64,000 bases of DNA from Rhynchobatus australiae (GCA_034780895.1 JAUZTB010000076.1:45303557-45367556); one strand, 5' to 3'; counted from the stretch's first letter, positions 49,510-62,947 are shown. Notes: generated from the sequence alone by a model not told the origin. A program made the numbers and translations.

Positions 49510-49815
49510 TGTCTCTTTCGCTCATCCCCTGATGCTGCAACCTCTCGCCCTAAATATCACTGTTCTCTGTAGGAGCGAAGCCAAACGGCAGCTCCTGACG
49601 TAAGACTTAGGAGGAGGAACGTAAAGTTAAGCGCAATCACATCACAACCCCCTATTTCGCAGCAGGAGCGCATGTTAAACGAAGGGGAACACAGAAATTC
49701 GAATGGATTGAATAACAAAATTCACTGGGATGTTAACTGCCTCCCCATACCCATTCTGAGTCCAATGTTTGTGGGTGTAATTTAAATGCGCACCGAAGGC
49801 ATTTGACAAAATTCC
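49510..49815 (-). promoter_or_regulatory. LRP8 5'UTR / proximal promoter, CpG-enriched, with CRE/ATF-like TGACGTAA (49596-49603)
   Basis: CpG visibly more frequent than in flanks. Directly upstream of the ATG exon. TSS unknown; abuts a 473-N gap. Confidence 0.55.
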
Positions 49816-50288
49816 NNNNNNNNNNNNNNNNNNNNNNNNNNNNNNNNNNNNNNNNNNNNNNNNNNNNNNNNNNNNNNNNNNNNNNNNNNNNNNNNNNNNN
49901 NNNNNNNNNNNNNNNNNNNNNNNNNNNNNNNNNNNNNNNNNNNNNNNNNNNNNNNNNNNNNNNNNNNNNNNNNNNNNNNNNNNNNNNNNNNNNNNNNNNN
50001 NNNNNNNNNNNNNNNNNNNNNNNNNNNNNNNNNNNNNNNNNNNNNNNNNNNNNNNNNNNNNNNNNNNNNNNNNNNNNNNNNNNNNNNNNNNNNNNNNNNN
50101 NNNNNNNNNNNNNNNNNNNNNNNNNNNNNNNNNNNNNNNNNNNNNNNNNNNNNNNNNNNNNNNNNNNNNNNNNNNNNNNNNNNNNNNNNNNNNNNNNNNN
50201 NNNNNNNNNNNNNNNNNNNNNNNNNNNNNNNNNNNNNNNNNNNNNNNNNNNNNNNNNNNNNNNNNNNNNNNNNNNNNNNNNNNNNNNN

Positions 50289-50535
50289 GTATAAATCTAT
50301 CAGTCTGAGGAGGAAGTTCTTCAGCTAAGCGTGGTGAATCTATGGAATTCATTGCCACAGAAGGCTATGGAGCCCAAGTCACTGGGTGTATTTAAGGCAG
50401 AGACTGATTGGTAAGGGGGTTAAGGGTTATGGGAAAATGGTGGGAGAATGGTGTTGTAAAAAATAAATCAGCCTTGAATGAATGGCAGAGCAGACTCGAT
50501 GGACCAAATGGCCTAATTCTGCTCCTATATTTTAT
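50289..50535 (+). mobile_element. CR1 3' end
   Basis: GTGGTGAATCTATGGAATTCATTGCCACAGAAGGCT…GCAGACTCGATGGACCAAATGGCCTAATTCTGCTCCTAT tail. Confidence 0.75.
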
Positions 50536-50740
50536 GGCAATGATAATTCTAGACACTACATCTCGCATAATATATTGACCTTGGAGAGAGTGCAGTGTCA
50601 AGAAAACAGTAATGGTAGGTTCAAAGTGCTAATTACATTGAAAGATTACATAAATTAAGTTTGCAGGCCCTGGAGTTTACAAGGTTAAAGGGAAATTTGA
50701 TGGAAGGGGAACTAATATGTTTGACATATATACTATTTCT

Positions 50741-51617
50741 GGAGACACAAGAGATTGCAAATGCTGGAATCTGGAGCAAATAAAGAAACTGCTGAAAGAA
50801 CTCAGCAGGTCAGGCAACNNNNNNNNNNNNNNNNNNNNNNNNNNNNNNNNNNNNNNNNNNNNNNNNNNNNNNNNNNNNNNNNNNNNNNNNNNNNNNNNNN
50901 NNNNNNNNNNNNNNNNNNTGGAATCTGGAGCAAATAAAGAAACTGCTGGAAGAACTCAGCAGGTCAGGCAACATTTGTGGAGAGAAATGGGCAGTCAACA
51001 TGTCGGGTCGAAACCCTTCACCTGGACTGAAAGAGTAGAGGGAAGATAGCCACTATAAAGATGTGAAGGGGAAGATGTGGGGCATGAGGTGGATCCAGGT
51101 GAGGAAGGGTTGATTGGCAGATGGTCGGGTGGGGGAAGCAGTAGAGGCTGGGAGAGGATAAGTGGAGGTCACAATGGGCTACAGATTATGGAATTTAATA
51201 AGAAAGCAAGTTGAAGAGGAACCAATTAAGTACAGTGAGCAAACAGGAAAAGCGTGTGGGTGATGGGAAGATGGAGTAGGTGGGAAAAGAACCTAGGAAA
51301 TGGAAGGACTGGGTTTTTGGCTGGAAAAGAAGGAAATAAGGCCCTGGGTGGATTAGGAGAGAGAAAGGCACAGAGGGGAAGTGGGTTCCTTGAACAGTAG
51401 AGAATTCAATGTTCATGCCATTGGGTTGTAGTCTATCCAGGCGAAATAAGAGGTGGTGTTCTTCCAGACCGCATTTGGCCTCACCCTGGTGGTGGAGGAA
51501 GCAGAGGACAGAAAGATCCATTGGGAATGGGGAGGAGAATTAAAATGGCTGTGAAAGACAGAAGGCAAGTGCTCGGCAAAGCAGTCACCAAGTCAGCACT
51601 TGGTCTCACTGACGTAA
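50741..51617 (-). mobile_element. Penelope-like 3' portion (endonuclease tail, UTR, terminal repeat)
   Basis: GEAKCGLEEHHLLFRLDRLQPNGMNIEFS peptide typical of the PLE C-terminus. Terminal repeat at 50741-51030. Confidence 0.8.
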
Positions 51618-51636
51618 TTATTTCTACTGGATTTGA

Positions 51637-52026
51637 CCCCGCATTACTATCACTATTAGATCAGTTTAGTGTTTTCTCTGGCTATAGACTAAATGTTAAT
51701 AAGAGTGAACTTTTTCCATTGAATATGCAAACCCCAATTTATAAGCAACTTCCTTTTAGATTGGTAACAGACTATTTTATGTATTTAGGTGTTAAAATTA
51801 CCCAGAAGGACTTATTTAAAGCAAATCTATTGCCTTTAATTGACCATGTTAAACAATTATTCACTAAGTGGTCNNNNNNNNNNNNNNNNNNNNNNNNNNN
51901 NNNNNNNNNNNNNNNNNNNNNNNNNNNNNNNNNNNNNNNNNNNNNNNNNNNNNNNNNNNNNNNNNNNNNNNNNGATGCTATATCTGTATTGATTTGAAAA
52001 CTAATAAAAAAGATTGAAAAAGAAAG
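51637..52026 (+). mobile_element. 5'-truncated L1-clade LINE (post-RT region and A-rich 3' end)
   Basis: LLSLLDQFSVFSGYRLNVNKSELFPLN...FMYLGVKIT...KANLLPLIDHVKQLFTKW. Ends AATAAAAAGATTGAAAAAGAAAG. Contains a 100-N gap. Confidence 0.8.
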
Positions 52027-54689
52027 TAAAATCGCTTGCAACCAGGGGCTTCAGTTGGCTGTGAAAGACAGAACACAAGTGCTCGGTAAAGCAGTCGCCA
52101 AGTCAGCGCTTGGTCTCACTGACGTAATTATTTCTACTGGATTTGATGTTTCAAATATAGATTGAACTAGATCATTTCCACAATTTTGCAAACACTTCCA
52201 TAGATACCAAAGTGATAAGAGTTTGGAAGTCTCTATTAACAGCAATTGACCTTGGATCAATTGTTCATTTTAAATCTAAGATTGATAGATTTTTGTTAAC
52301 CAATGATATACAAAGCTGGGATTCTAAATTTAATCAAGGTATTAGCAAGATGCAAAATGATCAGTGAGGTGTTTGCCCAGACAATGCATCCAAGGAAGCA
52401 AAAATGCCCTAATCCTAACCACTTTCAACACCCCCAAATGTGATGGCCATTCCTCCTGAAAATACTAGTCAAGATGTTGACTAAGTTTGCAATTAAGCTC
52501 TGACTTGCTGCTCACCAATCCCTTTAGCAAGTAGACCTTCCTCATTCCATTGTAATTCTAGACAACTCTTCCTGTTTAAAAACGTGCTCGTGTTAACTCA
52601 ATTTCTAAGAAAGGATGATTAAACTTACCTTTCCAAGTTCTCTGTTGATTTACGTCAGTGTTTTCTGAAGTTTTGGACAATGTTATTACTATAAATTAAC
52701 CCAGAAATTAAAAGTTAAAAGATAATCATGACCTCATATGGTTTTTAATCAACATGTCCCCATCTTGATATCACTGAAAGTGTTTCTGGAATCTCACTCA
52801 TGAACACTTTGATAAGTTAATTGTTAATCATCTTGGTTATCCTCAAAGTTGAACATGCATTTTTAAAGTTCCTCTCATACGACCATCTGCCAAAACTATG
52901 TTTATAATAAGCTTTTTCTTCATTCGTTCTGTCAGTGCTTCACTTAACATGTCATTCACTTACTCTTTCCCTAATAACACAGGTTTTCACATACTCTTCC
53001 CTTCCCTAGTCTATTCCTTCTTGATAGCATTAATCTCCTTCACTCTTCAGCCTGTCCTAGCTATTGTTAATGATTCCACTGTATTTTCATCATATAGGTC
53101 ATTGTACAGTTGTACTATAGCTTCAGTCAGACAGGGAATTGATTATTGCTTTAGCACAGTTGGTTTTTGAAATGTTTAGTACTTTTACATCTGCTAAATT
53201 GGAATGAATTACATCAACTGTTTTGATGTAATATAGCATTTTCTGGATTGAGATGAAACACATATAGACTTCTATTATCATTGTATTTAACTACTGGATT
53301 ATTTAGAGCCAGGGTACTAATATGCTTCCAAGATGAATAATGTAGCTCAAGTTTTTCCTTTGTACGTAATACTTTGGCACATGACATTAAACATAATTTT
53401 AAGCCATTTAAGCCACATTTTTCTCTGATTTGAAATTAGGCTTTAATTATTCATAAAATGTACACAAATATAAACTGCATATAGTAGAAGCTCCTGATCA
53501 ATATCGTGCTTGTGAATGCCTTTTAACATTAACAATTTTGCCACCAAGTAAAGGGCACATTGAATATTATTAAAAATACAAAATGGGTAGGTTTGATGTA
53601 CTGTATTAGAGAAAACTAGATTTAAATATTAATTACAGCTGTTATATTTGTCACTCACTTTAAAGATTGTTACATCATCCTACTGTGTTTATTAAGATTA
53701 AATGAAAGCCTAAATGATATAAATAATAAATATAAATGCAAAATAAATCCAGAATTCAGGTGCTTTGTATGTATGTACAAATTACAAAAGTGGGCCACGC
53801 TCAGTTCAGTTTCTCTTTAAGCATTAATAATGGCTCCTGATTTTGTGTCAAAATAACAGGAAAATAGCACTCATTGTTATCTTAGCATTAATGTTGCAGA
53901 AATTTTGGGAAACTCGCATGAATGATTAAACATACTGTAGTCCAAAATGTCTGCTCATCCTTCATCTTCTGCAAGAGTAGAAGCGATTGAAATTTCTAAA
54001 CTTGATGTATGATAAGTCATCAGCATGTGCTGGCAACTTGGACCAGCCGAGACTTGTAGTCAGAGAACTACTTACAAACAATAAAGCAAATGGTCTCCAG
54101 TTTAAATATTGATAATTTGAAAACATCCAAAAATCTGAACATTTTCCTGCTGAAATGGATCAAGTATTTCTATACACTGACATTTTGGATTCAAGATATT
54201 TGTGTTCGAGTATTATGACATGTGAATGTGTCCAAGTGATGTTTATGCTAATGGCATGAAAAGAGCANNNNNNNNNNNNNNNNNNNNNNNNNNNNNNNNN
54301 NNNNNNNNNNNNNNNNNNNAGATCAGGATGAGTTGGTGGGCAACCTGAGGGAATGTTTTTGTGTTATTAACATAATCCATTTATGGCATCAATAGGAAAC
54401 ACTAAATGCTGTCAAAGTTTAATAATAAGATTGATTTGAAAATTGTGCATGGCTCCATACTTTGCAAAACTAAACCAGTCAGCCTTGAAATATTTGTTTA
54501 TGATTCAATAAAGCAATCACATGTTGCAAGTGTACCTGCTTCTTGGCCACTATGGTGCAAAAAAAAAATCAAACAATTTCATCAAGACTTGTGAATTGTG
54601 ACTAGATGATTGCAAAAATTTAAGTTGCAGCTAAAATTCACTCAGTGACAAGAGACTTTCTACACAGAACTTTGATATAGACTCATGGT

Positions 54690-55020
54690 GTCATTCAATC
54701 ATACAGCTCATAAACAGGCCCTTCTGCCCATCAGGTATTTATCTGTATTCATCCCATGCACCAGGACATGATCCATAGCCTTTTATGTGTTAGCAATTCA
54801 ATTGCTCCTGTAAATACTTCCTGAATGTTGAAAGATTCTCTGCCTCCAGTAGCCACTCATTCCAAATTCCAACCCTCCTATGGGTGAGAAAGTTCTTCCT
54901 CAGAACCCCTCCAAACCTTTTACCCATTACTCTAAACCTATGCAGTCTAGTTTTTGATATCTTTGTCATGGGGAAACGTTTCCTACTATCCACCCTATGC
55001 ATACCCCTCATAATAATATT
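54690..55020 (-). mobile_element. CR1 3' end
   Basis: RGMHRVDSRKRFPM..SKTRLHRFRVMGKRFGGVLRKNFLTHRRVGIWN peptide and CR1 tail. Confidence 0.75.
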
Positions 55021-58000
55021 ATTTATTTGCATTGTTATTAAGGAAGGAAGACCTTTCTCCTAAGTTGATGAGACAGTGGTCTTCTATCATTACATTCCAA
55101 GGAACAGGCCTGTTGGAAGAGATAATAGGCAGTGACTGATGTAGGAAGCTACATACAGAGTGAACATTCTTACATGCGCACACACAGGGGTAAGCTATTG
55201 GTGGCAGCCAAAAGTGCTCAGCCTCAAGCACCGAAAAGAGTGACAGTATTGCTTTTGCTTTTCTGACGTAATTGGGCCTGGATCATTTAATGAGTTGACC
55301 ACTGAGTGGTTTGATAATCATCTAGTGGCAAAAGCTCAATACATGTAGGTTATAAGGGGACTGCAGGAATATCTTTCACCTGGACAATTATTCTGCATGC
55401 CAGGATGCTGTTGAATTTGTGTTTAGACATGCCTTTTGCAACATCTACCTCTCTGTGCCCCTCCCCTCCCAGCTGCACCTTACTCATCCATGAAGAACTA
55501 AGGGATAATTCACTGTAGGAAGTACAAACACAGGAGCAAGTCAATACATTGCCTATTGAGCTCTTGGGATCGACACATTCCAGAAACAGTTCACTTTCAA
55601 GACAGCATCTCGCCAATTGCAAGGGCATGGGAGTCAAGGAAGCATGGATCTCAGGGCATGAAGGAGTCACGCCCAGCCTCAGTACTTGTGTCCACTCATA
55701 TACAATAATTGGGGAAGATCATGCATGGACATTGCTATGGTGGAAAAGAAAGGGTGTTGTTTAACAGACACTGCAATATGCAGAAGACAGAGTTAATTTC
55801 CCTCCCTTGTTTTGTGAGACTTTTTTAAAATTCATTTATTTTTTTGAAATACAAGCACAGCTGGCCAGGGCACCATTTATTATCCATCCACAAGAATGTT
55901 TTGAGGCAATTCTCTGGCTAGGGCGGTATCAAAATCTCCATGTTTTTTTTTTAAGATTGGGCCCTTCCAAACAAAGTGAACGTGCACAGTAATGAAGTGG
56001 GACCACTCTGAACTGCGTGTGGTTGGGGGTGGAGATTGTATGCTCAGAATGTGATAGTCAACATTGATGACAGTAAATGACAGAAAAGTCACAGTAGATT
56101 TACTTTTACACTTGGGGGGTGGGGGTGGGGGGAAATCATGATCCCTCAAGTACCTGGAGTCCTTGAAAGATTGCGCAGGCTGAAAATGAAGCTTTCTCCA
56201 CCCCAATGGTGTGTCCGCAGATTGTGGCAGGGGTAGAAGTGCAGATAGGGATAGAGCTCATGTCCCAACCACAGAAACAGTACACTTTTCCAAAAGATTT
56301 GGAGAAACATTTGGAAAAGTCCACCGCATTCATGGTGGAACAAGGAGCACCAAGGCCTCAAGCCATACATGTGAATACACCCATTTAGCTGACTAAGAAA
56401 CTGGACAGTTCTTGGTCACAGAATCTAAGAAAGAAAGTTCCGGTCTGATTCTGCACAATAACTGCCACAGTTGGTAACATTCCATACTCTGATTTAATTG
56501 GCAAGTCCCCTAATTTAATTGGTAATATTCCCTACTCTGCCACGTTTTCACTATCCAATGGATTCTGAATTCAACTCCCCTAAACCTAGGGGATCAATAC
56601 AAATCTGCCTTTACTTTTAAAGGATAACTGTGCAAACGTACTTGCTTTCCCCCTGTTCGTTGGTGCACCGTCAAATGCCTGGGTAATTTGTCACAGGCTC
56701 AAAAGTGAAAAGGAGGAGGAGGTATGGTTGAAGCAACTGCTGAAACTGCTAAAGACTCAAATAGGACAGATTGAGATCTTGTTTTTGGACTGAGCCTTCT
56801 ATCAGAAGAATGTGCGATAGACAAAAGTAAAGAATAGGGGCATTCAGGAGTTATCCTGGCTGGGATCAATGATGGTTCTCAGGTATTTCTTAGACTGAAT
56901 GGAGAGAACTGCAGAGAATTTGTAAAAAATTATGCCATAACAGTGTCTTCCTCATTAATTCAGTCAAGGAAACAGGTAAAGTATGAGTAGAGTGCAAGAA
57001 GCTACAAAAGGATTTGCATACCACACCAGCCTGAGACACCATGAACCCAACCAAGAGTTCCTGGTTTGGGGTGACCACAACTAATCCCTGTTTGAACACA
57101 GTCCTTAAGTAAGAAACCAACACAGCATGTTTAAGAACAGTTATGCATCCCATGTTATCTCAAGGTGAAAGGTGCATTCCATACACAAATGTCACTTGCT
57201 AACTTTTAGGCAGTGCCTTTGACACATTTGCTGGAACACAGCCAACTATCCTTCTCACCCAACAAATTCAGATCTGAAATTAGTTGGAGGCCATAATTAA
57301 AGGCAGCACAGGCTCTAACATTCAGACTGTTAGGTGAACACTTCAAATAGTTGGGATGGATGAGATAAGAAGCATTAAATCTACGAGCTACCAGGGAGAG
57401 CCCCACTAGTACAATTGAAGAGACGTGGAAGGATCTAAATCCAGTATAAGATGAGATATACATGTAGCCAGCTTCAGTTAAGAAGAAAAAAAAGAGTGTA
57501 AGACAAGAGGCAGGCTCTATGACCCACAAATCAGGGTTGAATTGGTAATCTCACTGCCCACTCTCTTTTGAGACTAACAGGCCAAGCTGGCAGCTATGTT
57601 TGTGGTCTCTTTTTCTACAGAATGTCTCCAAGCAAACACAATTTGCCCTGGCTCTACGTTTACAAGCATCTCTTGCACAAAGTAACTGCAAAACAGCAGA
57701 TGGCAAACCATTCATGTCAGCACTGATGCTGAAAACAATACCTGAAGGTTTAGAGTGGGGAGCTAAGAAAATTATGTACAAGATTAGAATTCACTACCAA
57801 AGGGAACAAGAAGGCAGATGAAGTAGCCAGGATGAGAGCAAAGGGTGGGGCTTCCAGGAGTAATTGCAGGGGCCACCCCTTTGCCTGTCACAATTCCTCT
57901 GCCAATGATGCTAAACAGGTGTTTTCCCTGAATCTGGGAACTAAAAATAAAAACACTTATGGGAATATAATTAAGCATTAGCAGAATTAAGGAAGATGGC

Positions 58001-58983
58001 TAGAGCATCATATTCACCATGGGTAGTTCCTGCAACTGGGCTATGTACGTTTGGATCAGGAGCTGTGTGTGCAGTTACTGTAGCATTGGGTACCAATGGA
58101 AGGAGGTTTGGGGATCAGTAGAATCCTGTGTGGATTAACATTTGACAAGCCTCCCCAACCAAAAATTAGACTTAGCTATAAAGAAACGGCTACTTAGTGT
58201 CCACAACACACCCATACCAAAACAATAAACCAAATTATCTAGGAAGCTGAGAATACATCAAATATGGTACACACAAATCATCTTGTGCTATTGTATAAGC
58301 CCTGATTAATAGACCAGACCCAAGATTTGCAGACTATTGCCAAAGGAGAATTAACCCTCTTGGGTAACTGAGCATCTGTAACTAGCTTAAACTGGCCTTG
58401 GAACCCAGTCAATCACAGCAAAAGCAAGGCCATAATCTTTGGAAAATGGTCCAACTGATGCTTTGTTCCTTTCACCATCAGGTTCAATTACCTTAAGATG
58501 GAGGGAATATAGTTCAGAGCAGCCAGGGCATACACCAAGAACCAGGTGGAATATGGCCAAGACAAAGCAGTAACTGAGATTGTAAGAATAATGGTCTCAC
58601 CTCAATTGCAGGAAAAAAAAACTAGGTCATCCAGTGTAAAGTGCACTTCATGTTATTGTATATTCCACATCTGTGCTGCAGCATTCACTTTACCTCTTCT
58701 ATTTTATCTGGAGAACAAACATGCATAGTGCCAGGAGAGACATGATGTACAAATCTTCAGCAGAAGAGGGGGATAATTGTACCCAAATGTGGCCCTCATA
58801 CCATTGGCTACCTTGTTCATGGTCGCCTTAAGTTGTGCATAGACACTATCATTATGTGCTGTGGTCCTATCAACCTCCAGTGGATGAAAGTGGTCATTTC
58901 TTTCAGCCAGTCTGTGCCATACCACCAGTCATCTGTAGAAAAGTTTGTGCAGAAGACACCTTTGATTGTAATAGATCAGGAAA

Positions 58984-60410
58984 TGGAGACACAAGAGACT
59001 GCTGATACTGGAATCTGGAGCAAAAAAAAAATCAAACTGTTGGAAGAACTCAGCAGGCCAAGCAGCATCCATAGAGGCAAAAGGATGGTCATGTTTTGGG
59101 TCAAGATCCTGCATTAGGACTGCTTTGAAAAAAAAATGTGCATATGAATCTCTGCTTCACCTGGAAGTCTGTTTAGGTCCCTGGATAGTAGTGAGGGAGG
59201 AGATGAAGGGACAACTGTTGCACCTCCTACAGTTACAAGGGAAAGTGCCAGGTCCAAGGAGGAGGGTGGGAAGGGATAAGCAGACCAGGGAGTTACAGAG
59301 AGTGTGGTCACTGTGGAAAGCAGAAAGGGAGGGAAGAGAAGCTGAGATTGATGGTGGGATCTCATTGGAGCTGGCAGAAATGGTGAAGGATGATATACTG
59401 GATGCAGTGAGGTGGAAGGTGAGGACTAAGGGAACTCCATCTCTGTTCTTTCTGGGAAGAAGGTGGGTGAGAGCAGCTGTGGGAAATGGCAGAAATGTGC
59501 AAGGTCTCCATCAACTACAGCAGAGGGGAAATCATATTTCCTGAAGGAGGACATTTCAGGTATCCGAGACTGGAAAGTCTCATCTTGAGAACGAATGAGG
59601 CAGAGACAGAACAACTGTGAGGGATAGCGTCCTTATAGAGATAGGGTGGAAAGAGGTAAGTCGAGGTAGCTTTGGGAGTTCGTGAGTTCTTAACAGAAAT
59701 CAGAGGATAGTTTGTCTCCTGAAATTGAGACACAGAGATCCAGAAAAGGAAGAGAAGAGTCTGAAATAGTCCAGGTTAAATTGAAGGTAGGGTGGAAGTT
59801 GGTGGGAAAGGTAATAAAACTGACCACACAAAAAGGAAGCAGCACCAATGCTGTCAATGTAGAGAAAGAGTTGGGGAAGGGTGCCAAAGTAAGTTTGGAA
59901 CTAGAATTGTTCCACATAGCCAACAAAAAGACAGACTTAGCTGGGGCCCATGGCTACACTTTTAATTCATGGAAAGAGGGAGGAATTGAATGAGAAGTTG
60001 TTGAGGGCAAGAACAAATTCTACCAAGAGGATAAGTGTTTTAGTGGAGGGGAACTGATTGGTTCTTTGAGGCCTTAGAGGGCCCCAAGACTTTCCTGACG
60101 TATTTGGAGGTGTATAGCAACCGAACGCCAACAGTAAAGATGAGGCAGCTGGGACCAGGGAATTGGAAGCTGTCAAAATGATACAGGATAGAGTCGAGGT
60201 AATGAAGAGATAAGTTCGGTGGGACAACAGCAGGCAGAAACAATGGGTCTCCCAGGGCTGTTCCTGTTTGTGGATCTTAGGTAAGAGATAGAAGTAGACA
60301 GTGCAGAGTTGGGACACTATCAGGTTGAAGGCTATGGAGAAGAGATCTCCTAATCTGGGACAGTAGCCTGGTGTTCACGTGAGTGGTGACCCAGAGAAAG
60401 GTACGAGGAT
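58984..60410 (-). mobile_element. Penelope-like retroelement remnant (RT plus start of GIY-YIG, terminal repeat)
   Basis: Degenerate peptides LVEFVLALNNFSFN, FPTNFHPTFNLTWTISDSSLPFLDLCVSISGDKL, KDAIP and CLIRSQDETFQSRIPEMSSF. Terminal repeat with decayed hammerhead at about 58984-59122. Confidence 0.85.
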
Positions 60411-60464
60411 GTATCCAAGAGCTGCAATAGGCAATAGTCTGTCTGGAACATATTTCAAGTCCTG

Positions 60465-61290
60465 TGAATCCTATCCCTATGCAGACCTTCAAAAGTCACT
60501 TGACAAGATGCCTCACTACCAGAATTTTCAAACCAAGATCTTGCTTGTCTGCTTAAGGACCAGCTGAAGTCTAAGTACTGTCGCACACTGGCCTCAATTG
60601 GACTGCAGTAAGGATGAGACTGTCATCCATCTTGCACCTATACCAAGGAGGTCTGGAAAGTGATGAACTGGTCTTTGTTGAGACTGATCCTTGTTGGGAA
60701 TCTGGCTTAATTATATACAAGAGGATTCAAGGACAAATAAGGAAGGCTTGCTGTAGTTGTACAGGGTTTTGGGGAGATCTCCTGCAGAGTACTGTGTGCC
60801 TTCTAGATCTCAATATCCAAGGAGAGTTAAACTTGTCTTAAAGCTAGCAAGCAAAGATTCACTCAATTAATTCCTGGGACACAAGATTGAGTAAGATGTG
60901 CTTATAATTTTGGAGACTAGAATACGAGACAATCTTATGGAAACATAAAATTATAAAGGGGCATGATAAGGTAGATATGGATGCACTATTTCACCTGGCT
61001 GATGAACCAGATGTAGGGGCACAGTCTCGGGACTAGGGATAGGTCATTTAGGTTCTAGACGAGCAGAAATATTTTCAGCTAGTGGTTTTTGAGTCTTTAG
61101 TATTCTCTACTTGAGGGATGTGGATGCTCAGTTGTTGATTATATTCAAGGGGTGACCTTAATAGATTTTCAGATGTTAAGGAGATCAGTAGAGATCAGCA
61201 GAAGAATAGAGATCAAGATTTGACTGTGTTCATATTGAATAGAGAGGTAAGTGTGACAGGTGGATGTTATATTCTACTTCTATTTTGTTG
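60465..61290 (+). mobile_element. Old CR1 RT-to-3' remnant
   Basis: YADLQKSLDKMPH (LDF.KAFD.VPH), AGACGAGCAGAAATATTTTC and a tail-like end. Confidence 0.55.
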
Positions 61291-61699
61291 GCTTCTTTAT
61301 ATTAATTACTCAGATTTTCCAACCACTTTCCAAGATTTGAGAATGTAAGGCAATCAAAGGCAATGAAAGATTCTGAAGATTCATCTTTTGATACATTAAC
61401 TTCCTATGAAGGATAGTAACAGTATAGAGAGCATACATTTGTAGCTGGCACTAACTCTGTGAAATGAGGCGGTTGTGGCTCTGTTGCTTGCTAACATTGG
61501 CTGTAGTTTTTAAACAGTCAAGGCAGTTATGTGACCTAGAAACATACAATGAGGTGTTTCAAAGGAAAATGTTTACAGATACATTGTGTGACTGTCAGTT
61601 AACTTAATTCACTACTGTTCCAGTTCAAGGAGAGCTACCACAATGGTCACAACAGTAGATCCATGGCGAGGTTTTCTGCAGTATGTGCTTCACCTCCTG

Positions 61700-62125
61700 G
61701 CTCATCAAAGACCTTCAACTATGGTGAAATGCTCTCCACTTGCCTAGGTGAGAGCAGCTCCAACAACCTTTAAGCTCAACACCATCTGGGACAAAATAGC
61801 CCACACTGATACCCCATCCACCACAATAGCTGCAATGTGTACTATCTACAAATTACAGCAACTTGCTAATCTTTCTTCATCTTTGCATCCACATTCTTGA
61901 TCTCTGCCACACACAAGAACGAAAGCACCAGGAGCATGGAAAACCACTACCTGTGGCTTCCCTTCCAATCACACACCATCCTGATTTAGGATATAATCAC
62001 AATTCATTGATATTTGCTGGGTTAAATCCTTGAAATCATTTGCCAACAGTACAATCAGTATTTTCTTTAGAGTGGACGTGTAAATAAGGATTGGCCTCCC
62101 CATCAAAGCCCATGTCCCATAATAA
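61700..62125 (+). mobile_element. Old CR1/L2-type 3' fragment (related copy at about 30250-30520)
   Basis: GAAATGCTCTCCACTTGCCT…GCAGCTCCAACAAC…AAGCTCAACACCATC…GCTGGGTTAAATCCTTGAA. Confidence 0.5.
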
Positions 62126-62810
62126 ATAATAAATGTTTCCTTGCCGTTGACTATATTGAATGAACTTTTAAAGTGACTCAAAAATTGGCCTTAGGAAAAA
62201 AGTTTTAGTCCATATCTTAATGGATTGCTAGAACAATCTCAGCACAGGGAAGGAGATAGGGTGAGTTGCAGGATAGAGTCTAATGGGACTTCTTATGGCC
62301 AGCCACAGAAACAATAGAGGTTATCTGGTCACTTGCATGCTGATTACAAAGCTTTTGACCAAGTCCCAATATGAAGTCAAGGTAGTCAAGTGTATTTAAT
62401 ACGTTTTCTGCCTTGGATTTGGGCATGTACATGGATAGACAGGTTTAGAGGGATGGGGGCCAAACACCAGCAAATGGGTCTAGCTTAAATGGGCAACTTG
62501 GTCAGCATGAATGAGTTGGGCTGAAGGATCTGTCTCCATGCTGCATTACTCTATAACTCATATCTCAACAGGTTGATTTTCCCATGACTGAGCACTTATT
62601 GCTCAAAAGTTCCAGTAGTTTGATAATAATCCATTCACCATGCTGCCATTCTATTCATTGCTCCCTTGGGTAACCTGTGATCTTTAAAATCTTACAGCAC
62701 AGGCTTCAGCTCTCTGGAAGTCAAGATCCCACATGGATTCTGTTTTAGATGTATCAGGCAAGAGCTTCAACAGGATAACATACAGAAGGCAGCCAAACAG
62801 GAATGAAGAA

Positions 62811-62947
62811 TCAGTCCTGATGAAGGGTCTCAACCCGAAACATCGACTTTTAATTTCCCTCCACAGATGCTGCCTGACCTGCTGAGTTCCTCCAGTATTT
62901 TGTGTGTGTTGCTCCAGATCCCAACATCTGCAAAATCTCTCGTATCT
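62811..62947 (+). mobile_element. Penelope-like terminal fragment with 8-bp TSD (ATGAAGAA)
   Basis: GATGCTGCCTGACCTGCTGAGTTCCTCCAG...AGATCCCAACATCTGCA terminal repeat. ATGAAGAA at 62803-62810 and 62948-62955. Confidence 0.8.
62812..62849 (+). ncRNA. Minimal type-I hammerhead ribozyme motif at a Penelope-like element terminus
   Basis: AGTC-CTGATGA-A-GGGT(CTCA)ACCC-GAAA-CATC-GACT: stem I AGTC/GACT, stem II GGGT/ACCC, intact CUGAUGA and GAAA cores, NUH triplet AUC at 62842-62844. Confidence 0.7.

Noticed and set aside
46448-50358. Long ORFs in the track that run through N stretches (206 aa, 227 aa, etc.)
   Set aside because: Their length comes from undefined codons; no coding signal.
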